NCBI GenBank assembly: GCA_963921275.4
Contig: OZ001293.3
Span: 5,408,001-5,472,000, forward strand
Reading direction: 5' to 3'
Length of the DNA: 64,000 nucleotides
Origin: an uncultured Hormoscilla sp.
GTDB lineage: Bacteria > Cyanobacteriota > Cyanobacteriia > Cyanobacteriales > Desertifilaceae
In this document: positions 53,864-64,000 of the stretch, piece by piece
Position numbering within the stretch: position 1 is the stretch's first letter
How the letters are laid out: every line of letters starts with the position of its first letter
The notes under the pieces: generated by a model
Database searches by the model: none
Told to the model about the DNA's origin: nothing
The model's input: the letters and a program-made list of their open reading frames with translations, nothing else
Position numbers and translations under genes: made by a program

Positions 53864-54840
53864 ACAATGAACGAGATGCCGAAAAGCAATTGATTGTCAA
53901 GAATGCCGAACAGGAGTCGGAGGCGGCAGCATCCTCTCTATCCATGGAAACAAAAGAGTCGGCTGAAAATGTGGAGAATAAGGGAGAGGCAGAAAATGCT
54001 GTAGGGTCTGGGGAAGCGGCGACTATTAGCGCCTCGAAGTCGCCGTCGGCACCAGAGTCGGGGGAAAAACTTCCAGAGTCGTCCGAAAAAATCCAGGGAA
54101 AAACAACAGGCGATCTGCATCTGCAAGTACGGTTGAAAGCAGCAGGGGACCACCTGCTGTTAATGCTGCCTCCAGAAACAGAATTCGGGGGAACCTGGAA
54201 CGAGTTGTGGCAGCAGTTGCAACTGCGGTTTCAAGGGGGAGTAAAGTTTTGGCAACCCCAAAGTCAAGTGCATCTGATGGCCAGAGAAAGGTTACTGGAT
54301 GGGCGGCAGTTACAGGCGATCGCGGACGCCCTGTCCCAAGTGCAGTTGCAACTGAAGCGAGTGGAGACAAGTCGGAGGCAAACGGCAGTAGCAGCGGCCA
54401 CCAGTGGCTACTCAGTAGAACAGATATCACCCGATCGTCACCTACAGCAAGCACCAGAGGCAGAACCCCTAGCAGAACCACTATATCTGGAAACAACCGT
54501 GCGATCAGGAGTAGAGATCCGTCACCCAGGAAATGTGGTAATCTTAGGAGATATCAACCCAGGGGGTGCAGTAATCTGCCAAGGAGATATCCTAGTATGG
54601 GGGCGTCTGCGGGGAGTGGCCCATGCAGGAGTAGATGGGAACAGCGACTGCCTCATCATGGCCCTGCAAATGGAACCAACCCAACTGCGGATCGCTAATT
54701 ATTTGGCCAGAGCGCCCCAGGAACCACCAGCCCAATATTACCCGGAAGTTGCCTACGCGACCACAGAGGGGATTAGAATAGCCAGAGCCTCGGATTTTAT
54801 GAAAAAGCCAACGGACGAGCAGCGAAGGAAAGAATCATGA
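53860..54840 (+). CDS. minC: Septum site-determining protein MinC
   Basis: TVRSGVEI, GDINPGG, WGRLRGVAHAG; operon with minD and minE. Confidence 0.95.
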   Translation: MNNERDAEKQLIVKNAEQESEAAASSLSMETKESAENVENKGEAENAVGSGEAATISASKSPSAPESGEKLPESSEKIQGKTTGDLHLQVRLKAAGDHLLLMLPPETEFGGTWNELWQQLQLRFQGGVKFWQPQSQVHLMARERLLDGRQLQAIADALSQVQLQLKRVETSRRQTAVAAATSGYSVEQISPDRHLQQAPEAEPLAEPLYLETTVRSGVEIRHPGNVVILGDINPGGAVICQGDILVWGRLRGVAHAGVDGNSDCLIMALQMEPTQLRIANYLARAPQEPPAQYYPEVAYATTEGIRIARASDFMKKPTDEQRRKES

Positions 54841-55637
54841 GCCGTATCATTGTGATCACATCTGGGAAAGGAGGGGTGGGAAAAACCACCTGTACCGCCA
54901 ATTTGGGCATGGCACTAGCGCAGCGGGGTCGGCAAGTGGTACTGGTGGATGCTGACTTTGGACTGCGGAATTTGGACCTACTGCTGGGGTTGGAAAATCG
55001 GATCGTTTACACGGCAGTGGAAGTGATAGCTGGGGAATGCAGGTTGGAACAAGCTTTAGTCAGAGATAAGCGCGAACCCCGGGTGACCCTGCTGCCAGCA
55101 GCTCAAAATCGCACGAAAGATGCTATTAACTCCGAGCAAATGGCCCAGTTGATCGAAAAGTTGGCAGCAGGTGGCTACGATTACATTATCATAGATTGCC
55201 CCGCTGGCATAGAGACGGGCTTTAAAAATGCGATCGCCGCTGCGGAGGAGGCAGCGATCGTGACGACGCCAGAAATAGCGGCAGTCCGGGACGCGGACAG
55301 GGTGGTAGGCTTGTTAGAAGCAAGCAATATCAAAAAAATTAATTTAATAGTCAACAGGCTGAAACCAGCAATGGTAGAAGCGAATGATATGATGTCAGTA
55401 CAGGACGTGCAAGAAATTCTGGCAATTCCCCTCATGGGGGTGATTCCCGACGATGAGTGCGTGATTGTATCTACTAACAAGGGAGAACCTGTAGTCTTAT
55501 CGGCAAATAGTTCCCTCCCGAAGGCGGCATTTGCCAATATTGCTGGCCGTCTGGAAGGGGAAAAGGTTGACTTTCTGGAGCTCAAAGAACAAAATGAAGG
55601 TTTCTTAGCCCGGATCAAACGCCTGTTTTGGAAATAG
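54837..55637 (+). CDS. minD: Septum site-determining ATPase MinD
   Basis: SGKGGVGKTT, DFGLRNLDLLLGLENR, AVRDADRVVG, C-terminal membrane-targeting helix. Confidence 0.97.
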   Translation: MSRIIVITSGKGGVGKTTCTANLGMALAQRGRQVVLVDADFGLRNLDLLLGLENRIVYTAVEVIAGECRLEQALVRDKREPRVTLLPAAQNRTKDAINSEQMAQLIEKLAAGGYDYIIIDCPAGIETGFKNAIAAAEEAAIVTTPEIAAVRDADRVVGLLEASNIKKINLIVNRLKPAMVEANDMMSVQDVQEILAIPLMGVIPDDECVIVSTNKGEPVVLSANSSLPKAAFANIAGRLEGEKVDFLELKEQNEGFLARIKRLFWK

Positions 55638-55700
55638 TGGAACAAGCATTGAAGAGTTCGGTAAAGCAGTGACAAGTTGTAAAAATATCCCCCGCCAGCG

Positions 55701-55994
55701 ATGCTAAGCGAAATATTAGAAAAATTGTTTCCCTGGACAAGCAATCCGAATAGTCGCGAGGAAGTAAAGCGTCGCCTGAAAGTAGTGCTAGCATACGATC
55801 GGGCGGGTTTGAACCCGGAGATGGTGAGGAAAATGAGGGAGGAAATATTAGAGGTAGTATCTCGCTACGTGGAAATTAATTCCGAAGAGTTGGAGTTTTT
55901 GATCGAAAACAACGATCGGGCGACAGCATTAATAGCAAATATGCCAATTAGAAGAGTGAAAGTCAGGGAATTTGAGTCGGAAGCGGAAGGGTAG
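55701..55994 (+). CDS. minE: Cell division topological specificity factor MinE
   Basis: [27 protein letters not shown]. Confidence 0.95.
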   Translation: MLSEILEKLFPWTSNPNSREEVKRRLKVVLAYDRAGLNPEMVRKMREEILEVVSRYVEINSEELEFLIENNDRATALIANMPIRRVKVREFESEAEG

Positions 55995-56010
55995 TAGCAG
56001 AGAGAAGAGG

Positions 56011-56499
56011 ATGACAGATATTAAAGAAACTATGAGTTGCGACTCTTTAGCAGAATGCGTGAAGGCATTGTCTATGTCGGCGATAGAACGTCACGTATTT
56101 ATATGTGCAGATCAGACAGTGCCGAAATGCTGCGATAAAGAAGCGAGTTTAGAATCATGGAATTACTTGAAAAAGCGCCTGAAAGAACTGCAACTTGATA
56201 GGCCCACAGAGGCCCGATCGGGTAGCATATTCCGCACGAAGGCCAATTGCCTGCGAGTTTGTCAACAAGGACCGATTGTAGTTGTTTACCCCGATGGAGT
56301 ATGGTATCATAGCTGCACGCCCGCAGTGCTGGAGCGGATTATCGCATCCCATCTGCTGGGTGGGGAGGTACTGTCGGAATATGCCTTCCTGACCCACCCC
56401 TTACCAGAAGTAGCGCCCGGCCAACAGGAAATGGCCATAGAGGAATCTGAGGAATCTGAGGAATCTGAGGAATTTACAGGTTCAGAGACCGGGGCATAG
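56011..56499 (+). CDS. Thioredoxin-like (2Fe-2S) ferredoxin
   Basis: HVFIC...[24 protein letters not shown]. Confidence 0.88.
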   Translation: MTDIKETMSCDSLAECVKALSMSAIERHVFICADQTVPKCCDKEASLESWNYLKKRLKELQLDRPTEARSGSIFRTKANCLRVCQQGPIVVVYPDGVWYHSCTPAVLERIIASHLLGGEVLSEYAFLTHPLPEVAPGQQEMAIEESEESEESEEFTGSETGA

Positions 56500-56585
56500 G
56501 AAAAAGAACACGTTAGAATAGGTATAACCCCGTTAATACTGTATAATAGATATAAAGCGAGTAAAGCAAAAAGAGGGAAAAGAAG

Positions 56586-57224
56586 ATGGAAAATCAGAAG
56601 CGACTGCTACTGGTTGACGACGACCCTAACCTAATCTTGCTAGTCAGGGACTATCTAGAATTTCGAGGGTACGGCGTCATGACGGCAGATAATGGTAGAC
56701 AGGCGTTAGAGATTCTAGAACAGGAATATCCGGACATGATTATCTGCGATGTGATGATGCCGGAAATGGACGGATACACACTAGTAAAACAGGTGAGGGA
56801 AAACCCGAAAACAAATTTAATCCCATTTGTATTTCTATCGGCGAAAGGTCACAGTGCAGACAAGGTGAAGGGATTGAATAGGGGGGCTGATGTCTATATG
56901 GCGAAGCCCTTTGAGCCAGAAGAGTTGGTGGCGCAAGTAGAATCATCCCTGAAGCAGGCATTGCGCTTGCTGGTTCACAAGCCTCCGAGGGCAATTTCGA
57001 CAGAATCAATATTCCAGAACGTGCCTGCGGACGTAACCTTGACCCCCACAGAGTTAAAGGTGGTACAATTTGTATCCCAGGGGATGGCGAATCGGGAAAT
57101 TGCGGAGGAAATGAATATCAGTCAGCGGACAGTGGAAAGCCACGTGTCCAATATGCTGGGTAAAACTGGCCTGCATAACCGCACGGAATTGGCTCGCTGG
57201 GCCATGGAAAATAATATGGCTTGA
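56586..57224 (+). CDS. NarL/LuxR-family response regulator (Ycf29/Rre1-like)
   Basis: VDDD, CDVMMP, KPF receiver motifs; HTH RTVESHVSNMLGKTGLHNRTELARWA. Confidence 0.92.
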   Translation: MENQKRLLLVDDDPNLILLVRDYLEFRGYGVMTADNGRQALEILEQEYPDMIICDVMMPEMDGYTLVKQVRENPKTNLIPFVFLSAKGHSADKVKGLNRGADVYMAKPFEPEELVAQVESSLKQALRLLVHKPPRAISTESIFQNVPADVTLTPTELKVVQFVSQGMANREIAEEMNISQRTVESHVSNMLGKTGLHNRTELARWAMENNMA

Positions 57225-57609
57225 AAATAGGATGACCAGGGATCGGAGTCAGCAATCGCACTCCGATTCCTGCTAAGTACATAGGCAAAATTATTTTGAT
57301 ATTTTTTCCAGCCGTCAATTCCATAGAAGTTAAATCCATGAAAGCCTTATGGGATAGGGATTTCAGTCATAATTTTCTTGCAAGCTCGCCTAAACCACAA
57401 ATATAAAAATAATTTTGCACAACTACTTATGAGATCCGTTCGATCTGGAGCGCCGCGCCTGCGGCCTGCTAGTAGACCACGCCGCAAATAATTCCGATAA
57501 CTTAGATGAGCAACGGCTTACCGATATAAGTCCAGCGAAACGGTTTAGCTAAGGTATCATTAAAGAAATCAATGAATGCGAGAATACGAATGCATGAGTT
57601 CTTCAACCT

Positions 57610-57748
57610 TCGATGTCTCCTGGGATCTCGATGTTCCCCGGGAGCTTGATGTCCCCCCACCAGGGGACGTGCTAGGCGCACCACCCCCAAGACATCATAT
57701 TCGCACTACTTGGGGAACATCGTACTCGCACAAAAGGGGAGACATGGA
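57610..57748. repeat. Triply nested hairpin mini-element
   Basis: Three successive (C/T)GATGT left arms and three ACAT(C/G) right arms separated by TA.TCGCAC. Confidence 0.85.
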
Positions 57749-58207
57749 CGTGAAGTTGCCAGCTGTGAGCAAGCGGCGGGTCAAAATCCCAAACCTTCTT
57801 TCCACCTGATTGAGCCATGAGCAATGTTTAAGAGTATACACTTGCGCGGATGCTAGGCTAGCGATTTTGCCAAAAATCTGCACGGGAAGCCATGCTTTGG
57901 AGAATACCCGACTTCCCCTTCAAACCTAATGTCTCTTCAATGCCGCACAACTCAGCCACAAGATTAACCAGACTTTCTTCTTTGTGGGTATTCAACTGGT
58001 CGCAAATAAATATCCATTGACCCTGGGGGTCGGTTTCCACAGCGGATATGGCAGTTCTCATATTACTGTAATATGTCGGAGATTGCGTCGGGGGGGGGTA
58101 ACTCTATGAAGGCATAAGTGACTCGCCTTACTCCCCCCCTCGCTCCGGCCCTGAATATGCCAGGGCTTCCAGGGCGCGGTTTGTCTGCCTTTAGCTTGCC
58201 AATCCGC

Positions 58208-58297
58208 TACGATGTTTCCCGAGAGCTCGATGTTTCCCGGGAGCGCTAATCGCACAAAAGGGGAAACATCGTAGTCGCACAAAAGGGGAAACATCTA
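58208..58297. repeat. Doubly nested hairpin mini-element
   Basis: CGATGTTTCCCG x2, AGCGCTAATCGCAC loop, AAAAGGGGAAACATC x2. Confidence 0.85.
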
Positions 58298-58830
58298 CCC
58301 GCAATTCTTTAGACTTACCCGTGAATTTTTCGTTCCTCATGGGCACCCTCTATCCACCTCTTCCGCCAAAGACCGACAGGATCTTCCCACATGTCGTCTT
58401 GGCTAACGTTTTGTTATTATCGCCGGCGGCCGCTTTCAGGACAATCTGTGTCCGCACCACCTGTGCGGCGTTTCACGACTGCGGGCAATCCCTGAGAGCA
58501 GTTCGGGAGTGTTCTGGCATGAGGTTGAGCGGTTTCGTCGGTCGGGCCATGTTCTTTCGTTTTGTGTTTTTGTAACTTAGCTGTGATTATAACACACTAG
58601 CCAACATTTGTGCTCTTATTGCGGTAGGGAGCACCACTGAAATTATGGCCCGGCAAGGGTTTCAGCCAATCCTGATGCGAGTTATTGCCTCGGCTAGCTA
58701 TATTATCAGATATATTTGCGGTGTGGGCTACTAGTCATTTATTTTCGCCATGCTATACTAGGGAAGAGCATTTTTACTTTTGACTCGCGTGGGGGAATGT
58801 AAAGAAAAGTAAAATAATCCTGAAATAGGG

Positions 58831-58860
58831 TTGCCGATCGGACCGAGGCTTTGCTATAGT
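58831..58860 (+). promoter_or_regulatory. Sigma70-type promoter of the tRNA gene
   Basis: TTGCCG-N18-TATAGT with TG extension, 12 nt upstream of the tRNA. Confidence 0.6.
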
Positions 58861-58872
58861 GTTTATATAAAT

Positions 58873-58944
58873 GCCGGTGTGACTCAGGGGTAGAGTAGCT
58901 GATTTGTAATCAGCCTGTCGCAGGTTCAAATCCTGTCACCGGCT
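58873..58944 (+). tRNA. trnT: tRNA-Thr(UGU)
   Basis: Acceptor stem GCCGGTG/CACCGGC, anticodon arm GCTGA-TTTGTAA-TCAGC, T-loop GGTTCAAATCC; CCA not encoded. Confidence 0.96.
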
Positions 58945-59305
58945 TTGTTTCACTGATTCGGATGATTCGTAATTGATTCGTAAGCTAATTGAAAGCGATC
59001 GCATGTTTAACATGCCCACACCTCTATCGGCCGCACCCAAGATTCCAGGGTTTTCTTGGCAGTCGCGATCGCCTCTTGGGTGGGATCTGCTGCGAAGCTT
59101 AACAGGTTAATTAACTCCCAATGTTGATAGACCGGTGATTGCTATGACGCTTCACGCCTCGCTACCTTTGCTAACAGCCCTGTTCTTAGTAATGCCCATC
59201 GCCACCGCTGGGCGGCCATCTCGTCCAGACATTTAACCTCGATCTACCAGAATCTCAATCGCCAGGATATCGATGGGGTCTGAACCGTAGCAATCAGTAT
59301 TCGCA

Positions 59306-59536
59306 CTACTCCGGAGACATCACTCGCTCAATCTGGTGTTGATGATGTTCAACCCAAGCCTTGACGACAGTGCCGTGTAGGCGATCGCGTGTTCCATACC
59401 CAAGGGATAAAGTGACCTCTCTTCCGCAATTATCAAAAGTGAACTGCCTGCCAACTCTGCGGTATTCGACAGGCTTTTTGCCTACTTGAAAATCCTCAAA
59501 GTATTGGCGCTTCAATGGGATAAATAATGGTTTCAT
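59306..59536 (-). pseudogene. ASCH-domain-like protein truncated by a mini-element arm
   Basis: LFIPLKRQYFEDF..GKK.VEYR, LSLGYG; ends in TGATGTCTCCGGAGTAG. Confidence 0.6.
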
Positions 59537-59594
59537 AATTTTCTGTTGTTCAGTAGTAGTGCAGCGGCGAGCATCTTTGGAGTAGGTAGGCTAA

Positions 59595-59780
59595 AGAGGT
59601 TAATGTTCAATAGCACCCGAGCGCTCTGAGGAAATAAAAACCTTGGGGCGGTCCGACATCGTTTACCAGGCAATCGGTCCTTCTGTGAACATCAGAGGTT
59701 AATGTTCAATAGCACCCGAGCGCTCTGAGGAAATAAAAACCTTGGGGCGGTCCGACATCGTTTACCAGACAATCGGTCCT
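59595..59780. repeat. 99-bp tandem duplication whose second unit is interrupted by the ISKra4-like element
   Basis: AGAGGTTAATGTTC...CAATCGGTCCT twice; the remainder TCTGTGAACATC resumes at about 61039. Confidence 0.88.
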
Positions 59781-61027
59781 GGGTGCATCTCACTTTTGCA
59801 TCTGTGACCTATCATAGACTTTTATCATAGATAAAATTTATTGGCTTTTGCCAAGGATGCATCTTACTTTTGCAAAAACATCATGTAGAAAGGGCCCCAT
59901 TTATATAAGCACAACGTCAAGAAAGTATTTGGAAAATGTTGGATATATTCCATTGAGCCTCTGAAATTTTTATCCGTGTTCCAATACGTTTAATCACTGA
60001 TTCTATTGAACCAGAACCGATATAACTCACTGATTCTAACTGATAATACTGATAATCAATTATTCAAAAACGATGTTTTTCCAAATAATTACATAAATTC
60101 TGAGTTTCTTTTTGATCCGATTGAATAATAGTATTGTTTCATCAACTTTTCCCGACCAGAGGATATTTTTAGCTTTTTTTATCCTCGTAGCCTCCCACTT
60201 TATGAAGATTTTGAGATGATACCAATCTAATATTTCTCTTCTCTTGCCTGGTTCGCCTATCTGTTTAAATAATTTCCAAATTCCTTGCATGTCCATCTCC
60301 TAGACAATAAAATGGAGCCAAAAGTTTTTGACAATTTACCCAGTTGGCTTGAAAAAATGCTCCGCAATATATCCCACTGACTGCTTTATAATCTTTCCAT
60401 TCACAAGCTTGTCCTTTTTCTTCTGTTCTAATCCTTGCTTTTCCTCCAGGCGACTTCTTTCACTCCCAATACTGATGTTGGCAACTCAAAATCCTGCCTT
60501 TGAACTAATCTATGTAATGTACTATGACTAATTTTTATTCCCGTGAGCTCTGCTAAATCATCTTTTGATAAGATTCATTCGCACAAATTAACATAGCATT
60601 TTTCTCCATTTTGGGACTGGATTTCACATGAGACTTCAAAATAATTAGCTTGTCGATTGGTGATTGATATCTTTCCCACATGTCAATTGACGTTTTTTTC
60701 CTGTTTTTATCCCCGTATTCAATAATTTGTGAGTTCTGGACCCACTCTTTCGAGCAGAAAATCGTTCAATTTCTAAATCTTAAAAATTTTCCTTGGAAAA
60801 TTTTTACCAGTAGAGCCAAATTTGTTTTTGTCTATACATTCGTCAATTTCAAATTCCTCCATATCAAAAAGTTGTTCTGGGTTCATAGCAGCAAGAAAAT
60901 AACTTCAATCTATCATAGATAATGTATAAATATCCAAAAGACTGCAAGTTTTTATTAGATAAATATCGAAGACTCATCATAGATATTTATCTATGATGAG
61001 TCACAGATGCAAAAGTGAGATGCACCC
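59781..61027 (-). mobile_element. Decayed ISKra4-like element
   Basis: Long IRs GGGTGCATCTCACTTTTGCATCTGTGAC; 11-bp duplication CAATCGGTCCT; REILDWYHLK and GSGSIESVIKRIG remnants. Confidence 0.85.
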
Positions 61028-61116
61028 CAATCGGTCCTTCTGTGAACATCTCAGCTAAAGCTATGGGGGCCTAGTAGGCCCCGGCTTCAGGGTATCGTCC
61101 GATCGGCGTAGCTACT

Positions 61117-62141
61117 AGACATCTCCAAAAATAAAACCCTTGTCAGCTCTGGGTTTTAAGCTCTACCTCCCATGCTCACATATGTTACTCAAACGGCAGA
61201 ATCGGGGTTTGATAGATTTCCTGTTAATAAAGAGATCCAAAGGTGGTACTGGTTAATCTCAAGTTTTTCAGAGCTATCAACAGATTCTAATACTTCTAAA
61301 ATTCGCGCAATCTAACCAACCCAACTTTTGTCGAAATTACCGATTCATATTTATCAATATTTAACCGAAATCGCTCGCTGGCAACCCGGAAAAATTTTAC
61401 CAATGACCTGTTCAACGAAAACGGGAAGAAAAATCTCTATTTTCTTCTTTTTGTTTAGCTGTTAATTCTTGTTTTTTCGGTTGTTTTTATTTGAGGTTCT
61501 CCAATATAGGCTTTATCCCCTGCAAAAATTTGATCTGGATCGAAAACGACGCTCGCAAGATTTATATCGCTTGCTGGGCCTCTTTCTCCAGATACAACAT
61601 CGACAAGATATGCACGCTACCAGGTAAAACAATTAATTGATTTTTCAAAGTATTTCTTCTTACCTGAGTAAAACTTTTTCTGCTCTTCATAGTCTTTAGG
61701 TCTTGGTATGGCTTGCGCTATCGACTATCAACTCATATTCTGTGTTTGGATAAATATTCTTCTCGATTTTTTTTGTTTGTTCAAGTAAACAGCAAAAGAT
61801 CTTGCCAATAATTAAAAATCTCATTAGCTTTCACCCAAAAAGTATACCTAATACTTGAAATGTTAATCCTTGACACATCAAAGTTTATTTGCTCTTATAC
61901 TAATAATTTAGGTTTCGCCCCCACGACGTATCAATCTAGTTTTGTGTTCTTCCACCTTTTCTTTATGATTTTTATCCAATTTTTTAGCAATTGCAATAAG
62001 TTGTATTAAGTTTTCATAGCTGATACCGATGAGCCGTTTTGCTTCTTTAGGCTTGGCTTGCAAATATGTCCAGGTAATACTCGTCACAAAATTAAATTTT
62101 CAAATCTTATTATAGCATAAATTTCTATTTTGGAGATGTCT
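61117..62141 (-). mobile_element. Decayed IS5-family (ISL2-like) element
   Basis: IRs AGACATCTCCAAAA / TTTTGGAGATGTCT with ACT duplication; KRLIGISYE, FYSGKKK, DKAYIG remnants. Confidence 0.8.
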
Positions 62142-62468
62142 ACTCGGTTGACATCATCTCGATCGAAAATTACAGCAGTAGTTCGACTGAAGCCCGCATC
62201 AGCCGCTTCCATTACATCTCTATATCCATATCCTTAATGGAAATGGCAAAATCGAAATAGTTGGCTGCATTGACGAGGCAGCGAATCTTGTCTCCATCGG
62301 CATAGACCAAAAACTGAGTGCGATTAGCTTTTTTTTCAGACTTGCGTCTAGTTTCTGTTTTCTTTTCTCGAAACTGCTCGCTGTTACCTCCACATCTAGA
62401 TAAATTATAACTCCTGCGTTCCCTCGATTGGGGCTGCGATAGGTTAAAACCGACTAAAAACATGATGC

Positions 62469-64000
62469 TTAAAATGATTGTAGCCACCCTTGACAAAATT
62501 GTCTTGGCAGATGACTGTTATTCAAAATTGCTGAGCACCACTTGCGCACTGAGTTTACGACGTAGATGCGATCGCACTTTGGCAGAGCCTCTAGGGCGAT
62601 CGTTTGTTCCCGGACTTTTCCCCGTGCGAGCAAATGGGCGCGAAAGGTACCGGGCAACAACCCGCACTTGACTGGCGGCGTCAGCAGTTCGCCGTGCATT
62701 TGCACGACAATATTCCCAAAGCAGGTTTCTGTAATCTCGCCCCGATGATTGTACAAGAGAACATCGTCGCAGTCAAGACCAGCAGAACGGGCCCGATCGT
62801 ATACCTGACGATTAGTAGTTTTGTGATATAAAAATGTATTAGTAGCATCAACTGGGCTTGCAGCTAAACTCAGTCTTACTGGTTCAGTAGTTGCATCTAA
62901 GGTCGTCGCCTCCCAGGTTATATTACCATCTTGGGCTACAAGTAGCCGGACCTTATGGGGTTCATGGGGCAAGGATGTTGCCAATGTATCCAGCTGATTT
63001 TTCACCTCTTCGAGCTCGCAGGAGATGCTAAAATAAATAGCTGAATCTTGCAGACGTTGGAGATGATAACTTAGCAAAAAGTAGCCAGTATCCGGCGTCC
63101 ATAGCATGGTCTCTAGCAGGGAGAAGTTGGGGCGATTTATCGTGAGAACTCCCGCCTTTACCTGACATTCTACATACTCCTCCTGACTGACTGAGTCCCA
63201 GACAATGCCACTACCAACACCATATTCGGCTTGGCCTGCTTGTTTGTCAATCAATACAGTTCTAATAGCGACGTTAAATTGAGCCTGACGCTGGGGAGAG
63301 ATAAAACCGATGCATCCGGTATAGATCCGACGTGGTGTCCTTTCCAAATCGCGAATAATCTCCATGGTGCGAGATTTAGGTGCTCCGGTAATAGAAGCGC
63401 AAGGAAAAAGAGCAGCCATGATATTATCTATTGAGGCACTTGTGGTGGCTGTAACGGTAGATGTCATTTGCCAGAGGGTGGGGTAGCGTTCTACATCAAA
63501 CAAACTGGGAACTCCCACGCTGTTGATCTCTGCAACTCGCCCCATGTCATTGCGGATCATATCTACAATCATCACATTCTCAGCCCGGTTTTTTTCGGAA
63601 TAAGCCAACCACTCCGCCATCATGTTATCTTCAGCTAAGGTCAGACCCCGTGCTGCTGTCCCTTTCATCGGACGGCAGGTTAACTGCTTGCCTGATAGAC
63701 GGAAAAATAGTTCTGGGGATGCCGAACAGATGGTAAACCGATCGGTCTCCACATAGGCGGCATAATTGGCCTGCTGCGATCGCGCCAATTTTCCGAACAA
63801 TGAGTAGGGGTTGCCCGCAAAAGGGGCATGGAGGCGGAGGGTATAATTTACCTGGTACGTTTCCCCCCGGGCAATCTGTTCCTTGATAGTTGCGAGCGCC
63901 AGATCGTATTCTTCCCGACTGACTGAAGAATACCAGTTCAGATTATAATTTCCATTAGCCTCTGGAAGTTGAATGACTTTCGGTTTCTGGTAAAGTCCAA
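62469..64000 (-). CDS. pabB: Aminodeoxychorismate synthase component I fused to an aminotransferase class IV (PabC-like) domain; 5' end outside the window
   Basis: GETYQVNYT, SASPELF, PMKGT, KNRAENVMIVDMIRND, SITGAPK, then LLETM, HKTTNR, GLLPGTFR. Confidence 0.92.
   Translation of the reverse strand, partial: GLYQKPKVIQLPEANGNYNLNWYSSVSREEYDLALATIKEQIARGETYQVNYTLRLHAPFAGNPYSLFGKLARSQQANYAAYVETDRFTICSASPELFFRLSGKQLTCRPMKGTAARGLTLAEDNMMAEWLAYSEKNRAENVMIVDMIRNDMGRVAEINSVGVPSLFDVERYPTLWQMTSTVTATTSASIDNIMAALFPCASITGAPKSRTMEIIRDLERTPRRIYTGCIGFISPQRQAQFNVAIRTVLIDKQAGQAEYGVGSGIVWDSVSQEEYVECQVKAGVLTINRPNFSLLETMLWTPDTGYFLLSYHLQRLQDSAIYFSISCELEEVKNQLDTLATSLPHEPHKVRLLVAQDGNITWEATTLDATTEPVRLSLAASPVDATNTFLYHKTTNRQVYDRARSAGLDCDDVLLYNHRGEITETCFGNIVVQMHGELLTPPVKCGLLPGTFRAHLLARGKVREQTIALEALPKCDRIYVVNSVRKWCSAILNNSHLPRQFCQGWLQSF

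Larger units (their letters stand above)
57472..58731 (-). mobile_element. Decayed IS630-family element containing two nested mini-elements
   Basis: IRs GTAGACCACGCCGCAAAT / ATTTGCGGTGTGGGCTAC with TA flanks; ICDQLNTHK, KHCSWLNQVE, KPFRWTY. Confidence 0.88.

Overview
Chromosomal window from a cyanobacterium, probably filamentous (dense HIP1 GCGATCGC sites, heptamer STRR repeats, cyanobacterial gene orders purK-6S RNA-ferredoxin, rnb-rpsR-rpmG, minCDE). Intact housekeeping genes sit among many pseudogenes and decayed IS elements (IS4, IS5, IS630, IS982, ISKra4-like), a pattern suggesting genome erosion. Two signals stand out. (1) An ORF-less group II intron of about 871 nt is present four times: once inside a REP-like palindrome and three times head-to-tail with no spacer inside a MITE. 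Every copy ends in an unexpected extra CC, and a diverged antisense relic lies nearby. (2) A family of about 45-bp hairpin mini-elements with co-varying arms nests up to three deep inside its own loop and inserts into genes, often in frame. Also notable are a class I lysyl-tRNA synthetase, a compositionally foreign tyrosine-decarboxylase-like gene and a probable ATT start codon for murA. All calls come from reading the sequence; no database search was run, and coordinates of decayed elements are approximate.
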